Below, piece after piece: positions 59,865 to 64,000 of a stretch of DNA of 64,000 nucleotides. The stretch spans positions 2,080,001 to 2,144,000 of the forward strand of contig OZ245365.1 in NCBI GenBank assembly GCA_965226495.1, in the 5' to 3' direction. The notes beneath the pieces were generated by a model. That model saw only the letters and a list, made by a program, of their open reading frames with translations, was not told the origin of the DNA and did no database searches. The position numbers were made by a program, and so were the translations under genes. This DNA comes from Candidatus Marinacidobacterales bacterium (GTDB taxonomy: Bacteria > Acidobacteriota > Vicinamibacteria > Marinacidobacterales > DATDRI01). Within the stretch, counting starts at the first letter, position 1. The number at the start of each line of letters is the position of its first letter.

Positions 59865-61569
59865 CTAGTATCCTACCGCTTTGCCGTCCATTCTTGGATC
59901 GGCGGCCCCGAATCTGATGTCGGTCTCGGGATCCACATAGATGCTGTGCGCGTCACCGATGCTCGTTCCTGCTGCGAGTGTATGCCCCTTTGCCCGAAGC
60001 GTTTCCTCCACGTCGCGAACCAAGCCGTGCTCTTCGTATCGAAGCACGTCGGGAAGCCACTGGTGGTGGAAGCGAGGCGAGTCGACCGCCTGCTGCACGT
60101 TCAAACCGTGATCGACGACGTTGATGACGACTTGGAACACGGTATTGATGATCGTGGGGCCGCCCGGGCTTCCCGGTCACCAACAGCACCCTGCCGTCCT
60201 TGAGGACGATCGTCGGGGTCATGGCCGACAGGGGACGCTTTCTTGGGCCAATCGAGTTAGCCTCTCCCTGGATGAGCCCGTATTGGTTCGCTACGCCGGG
60301 CTTCGAAGAGAAATCGTCCATCTCGTTGTTCAAGAGGAAACCCGCGCCGGGAACGGTGATCCCGGAGCCGTATCCGCCATTCAACGTGTACGTATTGGCG
60401 ACCGCATTACCCTCTCGATCGACGACAGAAAAGTGTGTCGTGTCCTCACTTTCGAATGGCAACGGATCGCCCGGGCCCAAATCGTTCGCCAGCGTTGTTC
60501 GGTCTGGATTGATGTCGGCCCGCCGTTTGTGAGCATACTCCTTCGAGATGAGCCCGTGGAAGGGAACGGAAGAGAAATCTGCGTCGCCTAAGTAGTGAGC
60601 CCGATCGGCAAAGGCTCGTTTCATGACTTCTGCTAGTAGATGGACGTATCTCGATGAGTTGCGCCCCAGATAGCTCAGATCCTCGGGCTCCACCATGTTG
60701 AGCATCTCCGAGAGGATGACACCTCCCGAGCTCGGTGGCCCCATCGATACGATGGTATGGCCGCGGTAGTTTGCCACGATCGGCTCGCGCTCCACGGCGC
60801 GATAGTTCTTCATGTCATCTTCGGTAATGAACCCTCCACCGTTCCTCATTTCCTGGGCGACGAGCGCCGCGACCGTCCCCTCGTAGAACCCCGCAGCGCC
60901 GAGCTTCGAGATCAGCCGCAGCGTGGCGCCGAGCTCTTTTTGAACCAGGATCTCGCCTTCCTCGAAGTAGTTTCCGTTCCTGAGGAAAATGCGGCGGCTC
61001 TCCGGAAAGCGAGAGAGAAGCGGCGCCGCCGCCTCGAAGGACTGGGAGAGGGCGTAACTAACCGGGAAGCCCTCTTCGGCGAGACGGATCGCCGGTGCCA
61101 ACACCGTCTGGGGTACGAGGCGGCCGCGCTTTTCGAGTGCCAGCAATAGGCCTGCCACCGTCCCCGGAACACCCGCCGACAAGTGCCCGACCGTACTTAG
61201 CTCAGGAACGATCTCACCGGTCTCGTCGACATACATGTTTCGGTCGGCACGGGCGGGCGCCATTTCGCGATAATCGTATGAGAAGCTCTCTCCGCTCGGG
61301 GCGTCGTGAAATACCAAGAAACCACCGCCGCCTAGGTTTCCCGCCGAGGGATGGGTGACGGCTAGCGCAAACCCGACTGCTACCGCGGCGTCGACGGCGT
61401 TGCCGCCTTTCTTCATGATCTCGATCCCGACCTCGGAGGCGATGGGGCTGGTCGAGACCACCATGCCGTGGGCGCCGCGGACCGGGGCCGGCGACGCCGT
61501 ACGCACGCGTGCGTTGACCGAGACGAGGGAAATCAGGAGTATGATGGCCAGCGATAGAGTTCGTTGCAC
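59865..61569 (-). pseudogene. ggt: Gamma-glutamyltransferase with a +1 frameshift at about 60173 (pseudogene or sequencing error)
   Basis: GGNAVDAA, DYRE.AP, EDTTHFS, LNNEMDDF, RPLSAMTP. Removing one G restores TGSPGGPTII and joins ORF 60140->59865 (RFHHQWLPD, ADPR). Confidence 0.9.
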
Positions 61570-61710
61570 GTTCGTCTCCTTGTCGTCGCTGCTCGTGCCG
61601 TTCCAACGAGGTTGCAACAAGCGGTCGCGCTGGAACGGTACTAGCTTAATCTCGACTTGGTTGCTCTTCAAGCTTGCGGCCTGGGAGCAGACTTGATTGA
61701 ATGTCGGTCC

Positions 61711-62658
61711 ATGTTCGGAGGCGCCCTGATCGAGAAAAGCAAGAATCTGGCCCCCCGCGTAGGTGTGGTGCTCTTCAAGGCAACCCGGAACTTCCATCGC
61801 GACGGTTGCTTCGATCAAGCCGCGTACATCTCTTATTTTGCTCTGCTCTCGTTGTTGCCGCTGACGATTCTTCTCGTAGCGTTCGGAGCCGCGGCCATCG
61901 GCTCGGTGGATGCCGCCGAGAAAGGCGTCGAGGTTCTTCTTAAAGATCTCGTGGTGCTGCTCGGCGAGGACGTGTTTAGTCAAGCGCAGAAAGTCGGTAG
62001 TCAGGCGGCGCGGTTCGGGTGGCCCTTTTTCCTGTTCTCACTGTGGACCGCAAGCAAAGTGTTCTCCAAGGTCGAACAGGCTCTGGACCACGTGTTCCAA
62101 GTAGAAAAACGGAGGTCGTTCCCAGTCCGCAAGATCTTCGCTTTTGGTCTTGTCGCTCTCCTTGCGGTCGTCCTCGTCGCTTCGATTGTCTTCGCGGGAG
62201 CGGTGAGCGCGCTCGATCGGTTCTTGGATTCTACGGACTTGGCTGGCGCCCGCTCCAACCCTCTCTATCTGACCGTAAACAACGCTACCACCCGATATCT
62301 GATTCCGTGGCTGGTAACGGTGTTTACCTTCAGTTTCGTGTACAGGGTGATGCCGGCCACATTAGTGCCGTTGCGGTCTGCTGTCGTTGCCGGGTTAGTG
62401 ACGGGGACGCTGTGGGAAGGGCTGAAAAACGCCTTCACGCTCTACGTGGGACGATTTGCCAACTATGGGATGACTTATGGGACGCTCGAATCGGTGGTCG
62501 TGTTCGCCATCTGGATCAACTTATCGGCGGCGCTACTCCTCTGGGGAGGCGAATTGGCAGCGCTCCTGGCGGGAGCGAGAGGCGGAGAACAAACAAAGGA
62601 AGCTTTAGAGATCACCCCTGACCCGGCTTCTGGCCGCATTGATAGCGGCACGAGCTAG
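61711..62658 (+). CDS. YihY/BrkB family membrane protein
   Basis: AAYISYFALLSLLP, YGTL, LLWGGE. Confidence 0.88.
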   Translation: MFGGALIEKSKNLAPRVGVVLFKATRNFHRDGCFDQAAYISYFALLSLLPLTILLVAFGAAAIGSVDAAEKGVEVLLKDLVVLLGEDVFSQAQKVGSQAARFGWPFFLFSLWTASKVFSKVEQALDHVFQVEKRRSFPVRKIFAFGLVALLAVVLVASIVFAGAVSALDRFLDSTDLAGARSNPLYLTVNNATTRYLIPWLVTVFTFSFVYRVMPATLVPLRSAVVAGLVTGTLWEGLKNAFTLYVGRFANYGMTYGTLESVVVFAIWINLSAALLLWGGELAALLAGARGGEQTKEALEITPDPASGRIDSGTS

Positions 62659-62786
62659 GTTGACGCTCGCCTTTCCCAGCCCGCCTCTGTCCGAAGGTCT
62701 CCAATGGCTTCGGTGGGTCCGCCGAAGCTCTTAGCGAAGGCGGAAGGGAGAGGGAATAACGGCGGGAAGCCATCGTCTCGGGAGGG

Positions 62787-63191
62787 TCACTCCCGGCGAT
62801 CGACTTCGGTGTTGGGACCGTCTTCGATTTCTCTTATCAGAAGAACTACCTCGCCCGGTTTGACGAGGCCGAGGTTCTCCCGGGCCAGCCGCTCCACCAC
62901 AAGCGGGGAGGTCTTCAAGGACCGGACCTCCTCCAAAATCCTTCGGTTTTCGGCGCGTAGCATTGCAATTTCTTGGTCGAGAGACTCGATCTCGTCTCGC
63001 ACCTTGAGAAGCTCCAGTAGTCCACGGTCGCCGAAGAGAGCGTTCAACGCGGAGGCTGCCAAGGTGAGAAATAATGCTAGGCTCAGGGCCTTGCGCTTCA
63101 AGGAAGTTTCGGTCTTAGAGACTTGACGGGATTTCGGCGAGTTTCCGTCGCTAGGGGATCGTGGCTTGGACTGCGACCGCACGGGCGACAT
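62787..63191 (-). CDS. Septum formation initiator (FtsB/DivIC family)
   Basis: TM, FGDRG, coiled coil, ERLARENLGLVKPGE. Confidence 0.85.
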   Translation of the reverse strand: MSPVRSQSKPRSPSDGNSPKSRQVSKTETSLKRKALSLALFLTLAASALNALFGDRGLLELLKVRDEIESLDQEIAMLRAENRRILEEVRSLKTSPLVVERLARENLGLVKPGEVVLLIREIEDGPNTEVDRRE

Positions 63192-63310
63192 AGGACTCTG
63201 GAATTCAGTTAAGGATGTCTATTTTATACCGTATTCGGGCGCGGTGGGACAATCGCTAACCCTTGACAGATTATCAGATTATGTTACGGTCCCCCCCCGG
63301 AGCCAAGCTC

Positions 63311-63628
63311 ATGTCGCAGCACCTGTTAGTTCTTACGACGATTGGAAGTGAGGAGGACGCCGCCCGCTTGGGCCGAAGCCTAGTCGAGAAGCGGCTGGTA
63401 GCGTGCGTGAACGTGATCGGTCCGGCGCGTAGCATCTTCCTGTGGAAGGGAAAGGTTGAGGACGAGTCCGAGCGCCTGCTGCTGATGAAGACGCGCGCCG
63501 ACCGTTACGTCGACCTGGAGACCGCCATTAAGGAACTCCATCCCTACGAGGTACCGGAGGTCATTGCCATCCCCATCGAGCGGGGTTCGCAGGATTACCT
63601 GTCCTGGGTCGATGAGAACGTCGGCTGA
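63311..63628 (+). CDS. cutA: Divalent-cation tolerance protein CutA
   Basis: LVACVN, HPYEVPE, YLSWV. Confidence 0.93.
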   Translation: MSQHLLVLTTIGSEEDAARLGRSLVEKRLVACVNVIGPARSIFLWKGKVEDESERLLLMKTRADRYVDLETAIKELHPYEVPEVIAIPIERGSQDYLSWVDENVG

Positions 63629-63661
63629 CGGGTCTCGGACCTTCGCGTGTCAGGTCGCGGC

Positions 63662-64000
63662 TCAGACTCTTGCTAGCGCCTGATCCAAATCCGCCTGTAA
63701 ATCTTCCACATCCTCGACTCCGACTGAAAGTCGAACCAGCCCGTCGGTGACCCCGAAACGCAGGCGATCTTCGACGGGAATGGACGCGTGGGTCATGGTC
63801 GCAGGATGAGAGATCAAGCTTTCGACGCCGCCCAAGCTCTCGGCCAGAGAAAAGACTCTTGCGCTCTCTAAGACCGTCTGCGCTGCCTTGAGAGAGCCCA
63901 TTTCGAAGGATAGCATCCCGCCGAAACCGGTCATTTGTTTCTTTGCCAGCTCATGGCCGGGATGCTCTGGAAGCCCGGGGTAGTAGAGCTTCTGCACCTT
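63662..64000 (-). CDS. Cystathionine gamma-synthase/lyase family enzyme, C-terminal part only
   Basis: YPGL, GFGGM, LAESLGGVESL..HP..MTH, RLSVGVE. Confidence 0.9.
   Translation of the reverse strand, partial: KVQKLYYPGLPEHPGHELAKKQMTGFGGMLSFEMGSLKAAQTVLESARVFSLAESLGGVESLISHPATMTHASIPVEDRLRFGVTDGLVRLSVGVEDVEDLQADLDQALARV

Noticed and set aside
61570-61983. N-terminal 138 aa of the 676-aa ggt ORF
   Set aside because: Overlaps yihY on the opposite strand; an RBS and signal peptide support a GTG start at 61569.

Overview
GC-rich, gene-dense chromosomal segment from a diderm bacterium. The Oar-type TonB receptor + TPR + CRTAC1/ASPIC genes, eukaryote-like kinases, FHA proteins and CsgG suggest Acidobacteriota (Vicinamibacteria-like); this taxonomy is inference. 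No rRNA, tRNA, CRISPR, prophage or intact transposase was seen. Housekeeping genes (murJ, xerD, tsaC, glpX, iscS, mnmA, rnc, ftsB-like, cutA, fadE) are interspersed with less ordinary loci. (1) 1-10.8 kb: a candidate nucleoside/ADP-ribose/alpha-ribazole scavenging locus (permease, secreted nucleoside hydrolase, TonB receptor, CblS-like kinase, DMT transporter, ADP-ribosylglycohydrolase). (2) 10.9-18.4 kb: a ten-gene Mrp-like operon with extra NuoL- and NuoM-like subunits carrying non-canonical charged residues and no redox module. (3) A transglutaminase-ABC operon. (4) A TPR-SLH/CRP/CsgG/FHA-protease/Ser-Thr kinase cluster. (5) A sigma54-type promoter ahead of a kinase-J-domain-TPR fusion and a PilZ gene. 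Non-coding features are a 223-bp MITE, a three-copy palindromic repeat family and REP-like hairpins. Three lesions may be assembly errors: a 33-bp tandem duplication, a 91-bp frameshifting duplication and a +1 frameshift in ggt. All product calls come from motif recognition by eye, not database searches.
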